Assembly (NCBI RefSeq): GCF_018350175.1
Contig: NC_058368.1
Span: 13,890,001-13,954,000 of the forward strand
DNA: 64,000 nt
Direction of reading: 5' to 3'
Origin: Felis catus
Taxonomy: Eukaryota
The notes under the pieces were generated by a model. The model was given only the letters and a program-made list of their open reading frames with translations. It ran no database searches and was not told the origin of the DNA. Of the stretch, positions 50,272 to 62,199 are shown piece after piece. How positions within the stretch are numbered: position 1 is the first letter of the stretch; each line of letters starts with the position of its first letter. The translations under genes and the position numbers were made by a program.

Positions 50272-50670
50272 ATTTTATCAGGGTTTGTTCTAGATTATCT
50301 TTTCAAGGATTTTTGTAAATAGCTTTGAAAGAGATATTTAGGGCACAGGGCAGATTTATTTTTAACCATGATAATAAAGGTATCTCTAAGGCAAAAAATT
50401 GGCCAGGCTTACTAGCAGCCCCTTTAAAAGATTGGAGTTTCTATATGTGTAGCATCCACTTGGATTTACCCTACATCAGCCCTGAGGATTTTGGAGGACA
50501 GAGGGAACCAATGCTAGCAGGAAGCTTATACAGCCTGCTGTGCTTGAGTAATAAAATCCTTTGTCTCTGACCTGGGAGCCACCTGTCTTTTGCCAGCATT
50601 TATGAAACAAGCAGGCTCATTTTTTAGCTTGCAAGTAGGGGAAAACCTTAGACCTTTCCTTGTTCTGGAC
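50194..50670 (+). mobile_element. LTR40-like solo LTR (ERVL) with an internal (CT)n expansion, inserted in an L2 fragment
   Basis: gggacaattctc... start; ttatcttttcaaggat; aataaaatcctttgtctctgacc; end gcttgcaagtaggggaaaaccttagaccttt. Confidence 0.75.
50210..50267. repeat. (CT)n microsatellite
   Basis: Perfect CT run of about 28 units inside the LTR40-like element. Confidence 0.97.
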
Positions 50671-50940
50671 CCAGTAGAGACTGGGATTTTGATCTTATAG
50701 GATTTGTTTTCTAGTGGAGGAGACGGTAAAACATCTAATTACTCTATGCTGTAATAGTTGTTCTGATGAAGAAGCACAGTTTGTATGGAATCTCCTAGCA
50801 GGGGCACTTTATTTACCCAGTTAACCTAGTTAGGGAAAGTCTGGAAAGCTTTCTGTTGGAAGTGACATGATGAGAACAGGAGGATAAGAGTAAGCTAGCC
50901 AGGCAAAATACAGGGATGGGAAAAAGTTAATACTTCTTAA

Positions 50941-50943
<3 letters not shown>

Positions 50944-50996
<53 letters not shown>
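50944..50996. repeat. (TG)n microsatellite
   Basis: Perfect TG run of about 26 units. Confidence 0.97.
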
Positions 50997-50999
<3 letters not shown>

Positions 51000-51099
51000 A
51001 TTGCCTTAGGCTTTTCTGTTTATGAATTACCTTGCTAGCACATGTTAAACTCCTGAAAGATGGGACTATTTCACATCCTCCACAGGTTTTATTCTGTAC

Positions 51100-53050
51100 T
51101 CGATCCTCATGTGCAAAGCATATTTCTTCATTTCTTGTAAGCTGCATATAGTTGAGTTTTTTTTCCTCTTAAAAAATATATTCAGTTTGACAATCCTTGT
51201 TTTTAAATTGGAGTGTTTAATATCTTTATGTGTAATGTAACTATTGACATGTTTGGCTTTAAAGATACCATATTAGTTTTGTCTGTTCAGTATGTTTTTC
51301 TCACCTTTCTTGACTTCTTTTGGATTTATATATTTTTCATAATTATTCAGTACCTGTCTCTGTTAACTTTTAGATATATATTCTGTTGCTATTCTTTTAG
51401 TTGTTACCCTGGGTAGATATTATAATGTACATCTTTGATTAATTAAAGAGTAAAATAAGTCCATTCTTGTTATCCTTCTCCAGACTTAGTGCTATTGTTT
51501 CCATTTATCTTAATATTTTCTATCTTTTAAACCCTTCTTCTCATTGTCATTATTGACATACATAGTAAATATTTAGATCTACCCATATATTTATTCTTCC
51601 TAACTTTTATTTCTTCTTGCTTCTCTAAGCGTCCATCTGGGATTATTTCCTTTCTCCCTAAAAAATTAATTGTAGGATTTTCTTTGTTGAACATTTCCTG
51701 ATTACAATCTTGAAGTTTAATTTTTCTTTAAATAGCTTTGAAAATTTCTTTACCAGTATATGTTCACATAGTGCTCCTGCTTCATTTCTTCCTCCTATCC
51801 CTCTGGAGGTCTTATTATGCATATGATATATATGATATATATGCATTTGATTGTATTCTACATCATTTTTTCCCCTCCGCTTTCACCCTTTGTGCATATT
51901 CCTGAATCTTTTTTTTTTTTGCTATGTGTTCTGCTTCACTAATTCTTTTTCCAGCTGTATGTACTCTGCTATCAAACTCATTATTAAATTTTTAAATTCA
52001 GTTATTTTACTTTTCAGTTCTAGAAAGTACATTTTATACTCTTATGGTTTCCTGTTAGTTGCTGAAATCCTCAATCTTGGTTTTTAATTCCTGGAACGTA
52101 TTATTTATGATTAGTTAAAATTTTGTGTCTGATAACTGCATTATCTATTCATCTATGTATTTGCTTCATTATCTAGTTACCTACATGTCTTATTTTCCTT
52201 GCATTTAATTCCCTTCTTGTCTTTTAATCTGACTGGTTGTTTTTGATTGAGGCTTGAATAAAGTACATCAAAAGTTATAGAGCTAATTTGAAGCTTTGGA
52301 AGCTTTGGTACCTCTGCTGCCTCCAGGGGTAATTGCTTTTGGTTCATGCTGGTACCTAGGCTTAAGACCCCAGCAATCTCAGAATGTCAGAATTCAATAA
52401 AAAATTGAGATGATTTGAGTTGATGCTTGGTCTCTGTAAGGGCGTGTCTGTTTCTTTCCTTCTTAATTGACATAAAATTCACCATTTCATTAAGTTGACC
52501 ATTTTAAGGGTACAATTCAGTGGTTTATAGTATACTTGTAATGTTATGTAGCCATCACCACTGTCTACTTCCAGAATATTTCTGTCACCCCAAAAGGAAG
52601 CTCTGTGCCTCCTAGTTCCCCATCCCTCCAATCCTCTGGCAACTACTAATTTGCTATTTGTCCCTATTGAGTTGTCTATTCTAAATGTAATCATATAATA
52701 TGTAGTTTTTTGTGACTGGCTTCTTTCACTTAGCATGTTTGGGCTTTTCCTCCCCCATCCTTATTTCTGGGGAGTATCTCGCAAGCAAAAAGCTTGGGGT
52801 GTTTGAAAGAGGTCTTCCCTTGTAAGTCTCTAAACCATAGGTTTTCCATGGGTATGTTAAAATTTACGTTCAGATTCTCAGCCTTTCCACTGTTGCTTTT
52901 GTGGTGGGCATTTGCCTTGAAGGGAAAGAGTCCTGGGCTGGACTTAATTTCTCTGCGCTTTCTTCCTCTCTGGATCTGGCTGCAAAGCCAGATCATTGTC
53001 TTGGCAGCTCTCTGATGTCTTCAAATATTGTTGTTGTATTTTTTAAAATC
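51100..53050 (-). mobile_element. Fragmented L1M, with a younger L1M 3' end at ~52465-52740
   Basis: catatagttgagttt...cagtttgacaatc; ORF 52479-52736 MLSERSQSQKTTY is the common L1M 3'UTR pseudo-ORF. Confidence 0.7.
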
Positions 53051-53099
53051 TCCTTGGGAGCATAGTGGGATTGGGCCGCAAATTTTGCTAAAGGACAAA

Positions 53100-53640
53100 A
53101 TTCATTTATTCAACTAGTGTTTGTTGAATGGCAAGTATATACCAGATGCTAGAGGTATATAGCAAATATACAAAGCAGGCAAAAGTCTCTGCTCCCATGG
53201 AGGTGACAGTCTAGGGAGAAGCAGTAGGAAATAAACACACACCTAAAATACATAGTATGTCAGATGGTGAGACTTTCTATGGAGCAAAGTGTGGATAAGG
53301 ATAGAGAGAATTCTGGAGTGTTTGCTGTTTAAGTTAAGTAGTTTAAAGAAGGTGTTTTTGATAAGGTGACATCTGAAGAGAGACTTGAAGGGAGAGAATC
53401 AAGTGGAAACTGGGGAGAGACCATGGCAGACAAAGGGAAAAGCAAATAGGCATGAATGAATGGAGAATGTCAAAATAAGATTGTGGCTGGAGCAGAGGCG
53501 AAGTTTGTAGATTAGATCTGATAGATGAAGGATGGAGCAGATTATGTAAAGGGCTGTATGAGTTTGAATTTTATTGGAACTGAATTGGGAAGCCAGTGGA
53601 ATACTATGAGTAGAAGAGAGACATTATCTGCTTAGAAGGC
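53100..53640 (-). mobile_element. L2 3' fragment
   Basis: ttcatttattcaactagtgtttgttgaatg...ctctgctcccatggaggtgacagtctaggg...ggtgacatctgaagagagacttgaagg. Confidence 0.75.
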
Positions 53641-53679
53641 ATAGATGGAAGCATTGGCTATTAAGAAGGTGGAGGAGGA

Positions 53680-54400
53680 ACAGCAAAGTATCCCCCAAAC
53701 TGAGATGGCGCTTTGAACCAGAAAAATGAAGTAGGCAACTCCATATAGTTTACACAGAGTTTTATTTAGGGGGGATCAGGTGGATGGCAATTTACAGCAG
53801 CTGCATCGTTATTTTCCACAAAGTCTGGACCTTAGTCCACAGATTTTATAGAGTGAGGGGACACCTAGAGGGCATTACAGTGTATCAAAGGGTTCACATG
53901 CACTAAAGGGTTTGCATGAGCCTAATTGACAGCTAACTTTAAAAAAAAATTTTTTTTTTCAACGTTTATTTATTTTTGGGACAGAGAGAGACAGAGCATG
54001 AACGGGCGAGAGGCAGAGAGAGAGGGAGACACAGAATCGGAAACAGGCTCCAGGCTCTGAGCCATCAGCCCAGAGCCCGACGCGGGGCTCGAACTCACGG
54101 ACCGCGAGATCGTGACCTGGCTGAAGTCGGACGCTTAACCGACTGCGCCACCCAGGCGCCCCGACAGCTAACTTCTAATTAGATCTTGTGGCACCACCTG
54201 TGAGTCAGGAAGGGGAAAGACTGTTATCTCTAACAGATTCATGGGAATCTGGGATGTTCCCCATCTTGGCCTTGGAGGCCATTTCTAACGTACGTGTATT
54301 AATCTCCAAGGAGCCCAGAACATGTAGCCCTAAGAGAAGTCATTGAGCCAGCATGAGCAAGATGAAGGGCCAACGATGGAGTCAGTACCTGGTGTATACT
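53680..54400 (-). mobile_element. Probable LTR of unassigned family, interrupted by a young SINE
   Basis: Minus-strand TATAAAA (~53844-53850) followed by AATAAA (~53761-53766) at LTR-like spacing; it interrupts an L2-like stretch. Confidence 0.45.
53942..54162 (-). mobile_element. Young SINEC_Fc
   Basis: Diagnostic young sequence; TSD gacagctaactt (53928-53939 and 54163-54174). Confidence 0.97.
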
Positions 54401-54759
54401 TGCCATTCAACAGTACTTCCAGTTGGCTTTGTATAGAAGTCTGGATATGTCATCCAGAAGAAGCAGTTATGAGAATTTTTCTTCTCATAATTAATTAAGA
54501 AAATAATGAGAAGGGAGATTATATGTGTATACCTGCAGAGTTAATGTTATAAAAGATGACAAAGTTATTTTCTAACTGCTTTTATCTTGTTAGTGCAAAG
54601 GGAAGATAGCCATCACTAGAGTAAGGATCCGGCAGGAGGTCTTAGAAGTTTAAGCAGAGAAGAAAAGCTATAAAATAGTCCTGTAGGAAGGTAAATAGGG
54701 AAGTGTAGGATGGTAGAGGAACACTGAGATAACTTCCCTTTCTCATATAAATTGAAAGA

Positions 54760-55291
54760 GTTTAGATCCAGCTCCAGAGTTTTTATTACTTTATAAGGTT
54801 CAGCAACGTGGGGCTTGTGAAGTGAACAGACAAAAGAGATTAACAGGAGGAAACAAATATACAGTTTATTGGTATTTTTACATCACGGTTCACAGAAATG
54901 AAGTGAAACTCAAAGAGAGATTATTACCCTTCTTGACAAAGGAAAGAGGGTTTGAGATCCAAGGGACAATGCATTGTGGGCAAGTGACTAGGAAGTACTT
55001 GGGAGAACAGCTAATGGAAGATAAGGGTTATTTTGGTAAAGTTTGTTTTTGCAGACTCATTTTTGGGGTGGACTCTCCATCTCCAGGGATAGGGGTTGCT
55101 CTTCTCATCCTAGCACAACAGAGGTGGGTTTTTATGCCTTTCACATAGATAAATTTATGCTCTGCTTTTAGGAAGATTATGGGAGGGCAGAATATTTTTC
55201 CTGTATCTTTTGCTTCTTAATTGCCTTTAGCTTAAAATAATTCTTATGCCAAAGTGGCATATTTTGGGGTGGCGTATCCTGATCCCCTTCA
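54760..55291 (-). mobile_element. MER34-like solo LTR (ERV1)
   Basis: Minus strand starts TGAAGGGGATCAGGATACGCCACCCCAAAATATGCCACTTTGGCATAAGAATTATTTTAAGCTAAAGGCAATT, the MER34/MER39 start. Confidence 0.85.
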
Positions 55292-55909
55292 ATATCAATA
55301 AGTGGTTGACTGCCACACCCTGAATACTATATAGATTATTGCTGTTATTTGCTGTGACTTACTTTTCAAACAGTAAAATCAATTCTTTGATATTGGTATA
55401 ATAGTGATACAATATTAAACTGAATTATATGTAAATATATATTAGTTGATGTAAATGTGACTTGAAAATACTAAATTTCTTTCTATCAAAACTTATTTTG
55501 ATACTGATTTCTGTACATAGTTTAAGTTGTATATTAAGGAAAACAAGTTAATTACCCATTGGGAATTCCTATATGAACTACAGACTGATCTTAATATTCC
55601 TGGGAATTTTGAAGAAATATTTATAGAAGTTGAGTTTAGGTGTGTATCTTCATTTTAGGAATGATTCATTTTAGGCTAGATGATGTTTTACCTGAGTTTA
55701 ATTCCTCATGATTAAGTTTTTGTATATGTGTATGTATGTTATAAAGAAAATTACTAATTTATATGCCTGTGTATTTAATGTGTATTTCTGTTTTCTAAAA
55801 AGCAAAACCAACACCTTGTGATTTTTTTTTTCTATTTCTAGGACTTTTTGGTAATTTTGCTTTTTAAATTAATATTTTTCTGATATTTAGTAATATTAAC
55901 CACATATTC

Positions 55910-55985
55910 AGATCTGTTGATCAGCACATAGTGCTAATGAATTTAAAGTCATGGATATTATTCCCATCTGAACTAGTTAATATTC
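55910..55985 (+). mobile_element. LF-SINE-like ancient tRNA-derived SINE head
   Basis: cagcacatagtgctaatgaatttaaagtcatggatattattccc resembles agagcatggtgctaatgaggccaaggtcatgggttcgatccc. Confidence 0.45.
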
Positions 55986-56540
55986 CTCTTTATTTATTTA
56001 TTTATTTATTTTTGGCTGCCCATCTTATACTGGAAAATTGAGGGAATTTAACATTTATTATTTATTGAGTCTAAGCTGGTCACTCTTGGGTACTTAATAT
56101 AAAGTAGCTTCTTTAATCATCCAGTGTCCCTGTGAGATAGGTGGTGTTATACTGAGAAGTTATCTGCCAAGTCATGAATTTAGTAAGTGGCAGAGTTGGG
56201 ATTTGATCCCAAGTTAGCCAGTCTCCGAAGATTTGTGTAGTGATTAATTGTGAGTCAGTAAATTTTTTTTTACATACTATTGAATAATAAATAATGGTTA
56301 TTTAACCTTATGTTAGTGACTTGTTTCTTTTCTTCTTGTTAAGTGTCTTTTTCATCAGTTCTTCCTGGGCTCTGTCACCTTCCTTTAATTATTTTTCATT
56401 TTTATTTTCTGATTGAGAACTTGATAAATTTCCATGTTATGGAAAGAAGTTATATAAGGAAGGGACTGCTTAGGATATTATGGAATGGAACTGGAGATGG
56501 AAAGCTGAACGGCTCTTGTTTCTGTGACTAAGAGATAGGT

Positions 56541-56619
56541 TATTTATTTTTATTTTTATTAGAGAGAAGGAGAGCATGAGCGGGGGGGGGGGGACTGGGG
56601 GGGAAGTTTTGGGGAGGGG

Positions 56620-56653
<34 letters not shown>

Positions 56654-56794
56654 AAGAGAGAGAGAGAATGAATCTTAAGCAGTCTCCATGCTCAATGTGG
56701 AGCCTGACACAGGGGGGACCCAGGGCCCTGGGATCATGACTTAAGCCAAAATCGAGAATTGGATACTCAACCGACTGAGCCATCGATGCACCCC
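56541..56794 (-). mobile_element. Can-SINE with expanded G-runs and (GA)n
   Basis: Ends actgagccatcgatgcacccc; TSD agataggt(t)t. Confidence 0.9.
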
Positions 56795-57432
56795 AAGATA
56801 GGTTATGTTTGTAGAAGAATTGGCAGGAATTCTATTATCAAAAAAGTCATAGGGCTATTACATTTGAAAACTTTAAAAAGGTACATATTATTTTAAACCT
56901 GCTTTTATATATACTGCTATCATCATAACCATATTAAATACTTGTTTAATAAATATAGAATAGTTTCAGATATTTCAGCACTATATAGGTGCTGTTCATA
57001 GATTGGTCACTAGGACAAATGGAGGTCATACCTTTAGGCGATTTGTAGTCCAGTGTTTATGTATAACTCCTGATACTGAGAGTTATTATACCCTCCCAAA
57101 CTTATATTTTCTATGATTATAAAAGTAAAGAATTCTTTGAAGAAAATTTACAGCATTGGAAAATATGTAAAGATAAAAAGATTTATAAGCCTATAACCTA
57201 GAGATTCACTTTGAGAAACATTTTGATTCAGTTCCTTTTCTCTATGTAGATTTATTATTACATGTTGAGTATCTGTTTTATGAGATGAAAAGTACACTTA
57301 CTTGCTATATCTTGCTTTTAATTTTCAGTCTTTTCTCTCTTTGAATGAAGGTTGTATATATTATTCATTTTTCATCTGTGAATCACTTTATGGATTTTGT
57401 AACCAAATTTACAATTTTTACATTTTCTTTCC

Positions 57433-57456
57433 TTTTTTTTTTAAGTTTATTTATTT

Positions 57457-57514
<58 letters not shown>

Positions 57515-57685
57515 TGAGTGTGAGCGGGCAAGGGGCAGAGAGGGAGGGAGAGAGAGAGTCCCAAGCAGACTGTATGCTGTCAGTGCAGAACCTGATGCAG
57601 GGCTTGATCTCAGGAACCAGGAGATCATGACCTGAGCCAAAATCCAGAGCCAGACGCTTAACTGACTGAGCCATCCAGGTGCCCC
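57433..57685 (-). mobile_element. Can-SINE with (GA)n
   Basis: Ends gagccatccaggtgcccc. Confidence 0.93.
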
Positions 57686-58373
57686 TTGTAAATTTTCTAA
57701 CCCATGAGATTCTGCTTTAACGTTTATAATTTCTTTGCACATAATTATCTCAGACTTGTATTTCTAGAACATTTTCCCAACTTCTTAGTTAAGTGCTTCA
57801 TTTATTTTTCTTTGTTGCTTCCTAATTAAAGCCTTTTAAAGTAGGAATGCCTTCTCATTGGGATGTAAACAGTCTTTTGGGAAGTCACAGTCTTGTCCCA
57901 TTTGTTAACACCAATAAAACTTTTCATCTCAAGCAGCTTTGTGAACTCTGGGAATCAGAGGGTAATTTATTTATTTTTCTAGTCACTATTTTTTATTTCT
58001 CTCAAATCAGTTGAATTGATGAATCTTCTCATTTGCATTTAGCTGGCCAGGTAATCTTGGCAGTTTATTCGGTGCCTCACTTGTAGTCTTTCAAATGTTA
58101 TTTTACCCACTTTGGGTCTTCAGGTTCTAAATTCTGTCCTGCCTGCATGATACCTCAGCTTACATCACAGTTGTCTTCTCAGTAGAGACTTTGTATCCCA
58201 GAATGAGAAGATCTTAGAGATCTTAGAGATTTTATATATAAGATCCCTTCATATATAATTATGTAGTAACTGGGGCTCAGAGGAAAAATAAGCTGGTGTA
58301 CCTAGCGTACTAAACTAATGTACTTCTGCCCAGAGGTTTTAGTAGAGCTTTGATTAAAAAGCAAGGACCTCTT

Positions 58374-58588
58374 GGGGCGCCTGGGTGGCTCAGTTGGTTG
58401 GGCATCCGACTTAGGCTCAGGTCATGTTCTCACTAGTGGTTCAAGCCCTGTGTCAGACTCTGTGCTGACAGCTCAGAGCCTGGAGCCTGCTCCCCATCCT
58501 GTGTCTCCCTCCCTCTGGCCCTCCCCTGCTCACGCTCTGTCTCACTCTGTCTCTCAAAAATAAATAAACATTAAAAAAATACATAAAT
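58374..58588 (+). mobile_element. Can-SINE
   Basis: ggggcgcctgggtggctcag; TSD aaagca(a/g)ggacctctt. Confidence 0.94.
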
Positions 58589-59174
58589 AAAGCAGGGACC
58601 TCTTAATAAAAATAAATGAATAAATAAAAGCTGGGACCTCTTTCCATTTCATCCCTTCGGGCCTGATGAGTACTTCTGTGAGAAGCTATTTTAGGATTTC
58701 ATACAGTAGATTCAGATAATTTAGGTATTCAGATAATAAATAAGTAACAATTCATTTAGTGAAAAGGTTATCGAGAAACAGTATTATGACCTGAGTGGTA
58801 TTTTAGGAAGATGAGTTTGGCAGTGGTATTCAGTGGTGAGTTGAAGTAGGATGATACTGTGAGGCTCCAAGGAAGGGATTTTGAAACTGCTTGGTGCAGA
58901 GGCTAGCAAAACGAAGGGTCGAATCTGAGGTACACGAGTAGGGAAGAAACATTAGGGCTTGACAGTGGGAAAGGAGAAAAAAGCAGAAGAGTCCAAGGTA
59001 ACATGAAAGTATCAAGCTTGTATGAAAGGGGAAAACTAGATTTGCTCTTTAGGGAAAGGGTTTTATTGTAGGGAGATAGTTTTTTTTCTCTCCTCTTTTA
59101 ATTTACTATGTGTTACAGAATGGATGACAGTTCTTTTCCAAGAAGTTGAAATTTTGAGGAGTGTGTTCCATATT

Positions 59175-59310
59175 TCATATATATATATATATATATATTT
59201 CATATATATATGAGAGCTACATCTCTCTCTCATGTATATCTCTTTCTCATATATATATATATCTCATATATATATCTCACATATATGAGAGAGATATATA
59301 TAGATATAAC
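59175..59310. repeat. (TA)n/(TC)/(GA) low-complexity, partly self-complementary tract
   Basis: tctcatatatat and atatatgaga units in both orientations. Confidence 0.85.
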
Positions 59311-59329
59311 ATGCACACATGTGCATATG

Positions 59330-59789
59330 CAGTAAAAGCTTGGATTGTGAGTAGCTTGTTCTGTCAGTGTTCCACAAGATGAGCAAGTATTTCTAATACA
59401 TTAAAATTTTTTTTAATGTTTATTTTGGAGAGACAAAGAGAGTGAGAGGGGGGAGAAGGGCAGAGAGAGAGGGAGACACAGAATCTGAAGCAGGCTCCAG
59501 GCTCCGAGCTGTCAGCACAGAGCCGGATGTTGGGTTTGAACCCACGAACTGCGAGATCATGACCTGAGCCGAAGTCAGATGCTTAACCGACTGAGCCACC
59601 CAGCTGCCCCTTTAATACATTTTAACTTGATAAACGAGCAGTGTCTTGCAATATGAGTCGTACATGATGCCAGATGTCACATGATAACAACTGAGCCAAT
59701 GGTTCTTGAAATTTGCTTTGATATACAAGTGCTTTGGATTACAAGCAGGGTTCCGGAACTAATTATGCTCACAAATCAAGGTTTTGCTG
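59330..59789. mobile_element. Tigger-like MITE interrupted by a SINE
   Basis: TIRs cagtaaaagcttggattgtgag (59330) and ctcacaaatcaaggttttgctg (ends 59789), in TA-rich flanks. Confidence 0.75.
59406..59610 (-). mobile_element. Can-SINE nested in the Tigger MITE
   Basis: Ends gagccacccagctgcccc; TSD taatacatt. Confidence 0.94.
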
Positions 59790-60865
59790 TTTGTGTATAT
59801 ATATAAACATACATATATTTATATATACATGTATATATAAATATATATATCTTTAGTTAAAATATATAGATACATAAAATATATATATATCTTTGGTTAA
59901 AATTTTTTTTTGTTCTTGCACTTTTCATTTTAATTTTTCATTGACAATATACATTCTATATTATTTCCATGGGAAAACATTGTAAAGAAAGGATCGGGAT
60001 TGGTGAGGCCTGTGAAACCTTGAACAGTTTAAAAAGACTGTTACATTAAGGGTATTTTAGGTAGAAGTTGACTACCAGTAACCCACAATTTGGATTGATC
60101 CACATTAAGAACCTTTATTTTTGTAAAATGAACCCAGTAGCACATGCAAGTAGTGAAATTTTTTTTTTTGGACTTCTAAGAGAATTTAATCATGTAAAAT
60201 AGAATAAAGGGATAATGAAACATAAAATAAAAAGGAGTAGTACTAGAACTTCCTTTTTATTTAGATGTTTTTATTTTCCTTTCACAAACCAATGCATTAT
60301 TGTACTCATCTCATACACGTGCAAAATTTACTCTAAAAATGTAGATGTTTGTTTTTGTAAATGATTCCAGCTGTTCGTGAGATATGTTGGTTTCTGTATT
60401 TGATCCCAAGATCCTTTAAAAACAAATACCGAAAGCCAGGAGTGCATAGAACTACTTTTCACCCTTTTTCAATATTAGTATTTTTTAAAATTTTATGTGA
60501 GTTAAAGAATTCTGTTTCTCTACACAACTAATGTCATCGAATGGTATATAATGAATGCTATTTAATTCAAGTCATGTGGCCTGAAAAAACAAAAATCATG
60601 AAAAAATAAGCCTTAAGAACATTATGAAGATCAAGGACAGTTTTGATTGTAAACTATTTTAGAATTTAAATTCTGCATTTTAAAACTTTTTCATATATAA
60701 GAGTAAGACTCGTAAAAATCCTCTGTGCTATGTTAGAGAACTTACATAATTCTTATTTGACTAGGTATAACAGATTTATGTGTGTAAATTGTGTCTTTCC
60801 ACATTGTGCAGGTATACTTATGGCTAGATTTTGATATTGAGATAAGAGAATGGAATGTAGATGGT

Positions 60866-61091
60866 TTTCTTTTTTTTTTTTTTAAGTTTGTTTATTTATT
60901 TTGAGAGGGAGTGAGCGAGCGAGCATGAGAGGGGGAGGGGCAGAGAGAGAGGGTGAGAGATGATCCCAAGCAGGTTCAGCTTTGTGCTGTCAGCACAGAG
61001 CCCTACTTGGGACTGGATCCCATCAACCTTGAGATCATGACCCAAACCGCAATCAGGGGTCAGACACTCAACCGACTGAGCCACCCAGGTG
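60866..61091 (-). mobile_element. Can-SINE
   Basis: T tail; ends actgagccacccaggtg. Confidence 0.92.
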
Positions 61092-61589
61092 TCTGTCCCA
61101 TAGGTGTTTTTCTTTTTATATAATCTTTGGTTATCTTGTATTCATCCATGTAAAAGTCGTCATTCATTGCACAGTTACATTTAAATTGAAGCAAATAACT
61201 AAAGTAATTATTTTTTATCAAAGTAAACAACTCTTAAAACTCAGATTTCAAGTATTATTTATAATTAGAATTTAGAGTTTAGAAATGAAATGCGTTATGC
61301 TTTCATATAACTTCTGTGCATTAGACTTTGAAGTGATTTTCTATACAGTTTTCTTGTAAATAGTTAGGGCCACATGTGTATATTTGTGTTTGTATGTATG
61401 TGTGCATAAAAGTAAAATATATAATGAAGATTATTTTGAAGGGATTTTTAAGTTTTATGTTGAAAAAATAAAATTTATTACTTTGCATTAGAATCTAAGT
61501 ATTAATGTATCTGATTGGGAAATGTACTTTTTAGGTAATTGTTTCATTAGCTACTTGAACTTGGCCCTCTTGCATGAAAGTTACAACCT

Positions 61590-62180
61590 GTGTACCAGGC
61601 ACTGAGTAAGGCAGTAGGAGATATAATGGAGAGAGCAGCAGTAGGACTCTGTCTTGCAGAAATTTATATTTCTTTTATGGGAGACAGATAGTATACACAT
61701 AAATCAAATATAGACTGTAATTAGAGTTGTGAATTGGAAATAATGTTTTTTGATACAGAGTAGTGGAGACATACTTTAGTTAGGGTAGCCAATGAAAGAG
61801 CAGTGCAGCCAGAGGGAACAGTGAGCAAAAGGCCCAGCAGTTGGGGTGGAAACAAGGCCTGTTTAAGAACTGCTCGAATCTGAGTGATGGAAGTCTGTCA
61901 TGAGCAAAGGAGAGAGCAATGTGAGCTGAAACTTGTAAGGCAGATGTGAAGGTTTATTCAGGTTTTACAGACTTTTAGAAATACCTTGGATTCTGTTACA
62001 AGAGCAGTGGGAAGCTATCGAAAGGCTTTAAGCTAAAGGAGTGACATTTACGTTGTAAAAAGATTATCTGGCTGCAGTGGACAGATACAGGGCAAAAGAA
62101 GTGGAGATGTGGTCTACTGCTTCGTTCACTGTAGCTGCACAGGGAGTTTTTATTATGGAAGTGATGAAGCTAGAATTAAG
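61590..62180 (-). mobile_element. L2 fragment
   Basis: tgtgtaccaggcactgagtaagg...gggaagctatcgaaaggctttaagc...aaaagattatctggctgcagtgg. Confidence 0.7.
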
Positions 62181-62199
62181 CAGGGGAGTTGTTTCCACT

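Noticed and set aside
58645..58700. Hammerhead-like c(TTCG)g loop followed by CTGATGAG and a short stem
   Set aside because: No GAAA core after the putative stem II and no stem III, so the ribozyme core is incomplete.
4310..61084. Recurrent ORFs such as MAQSVKRPTSAQV..., MGAPGWRSRLSVRLQPGHDL... and ...ERERERE
   Set aside because: Translations of Can-SINE bodies, not a gene family.
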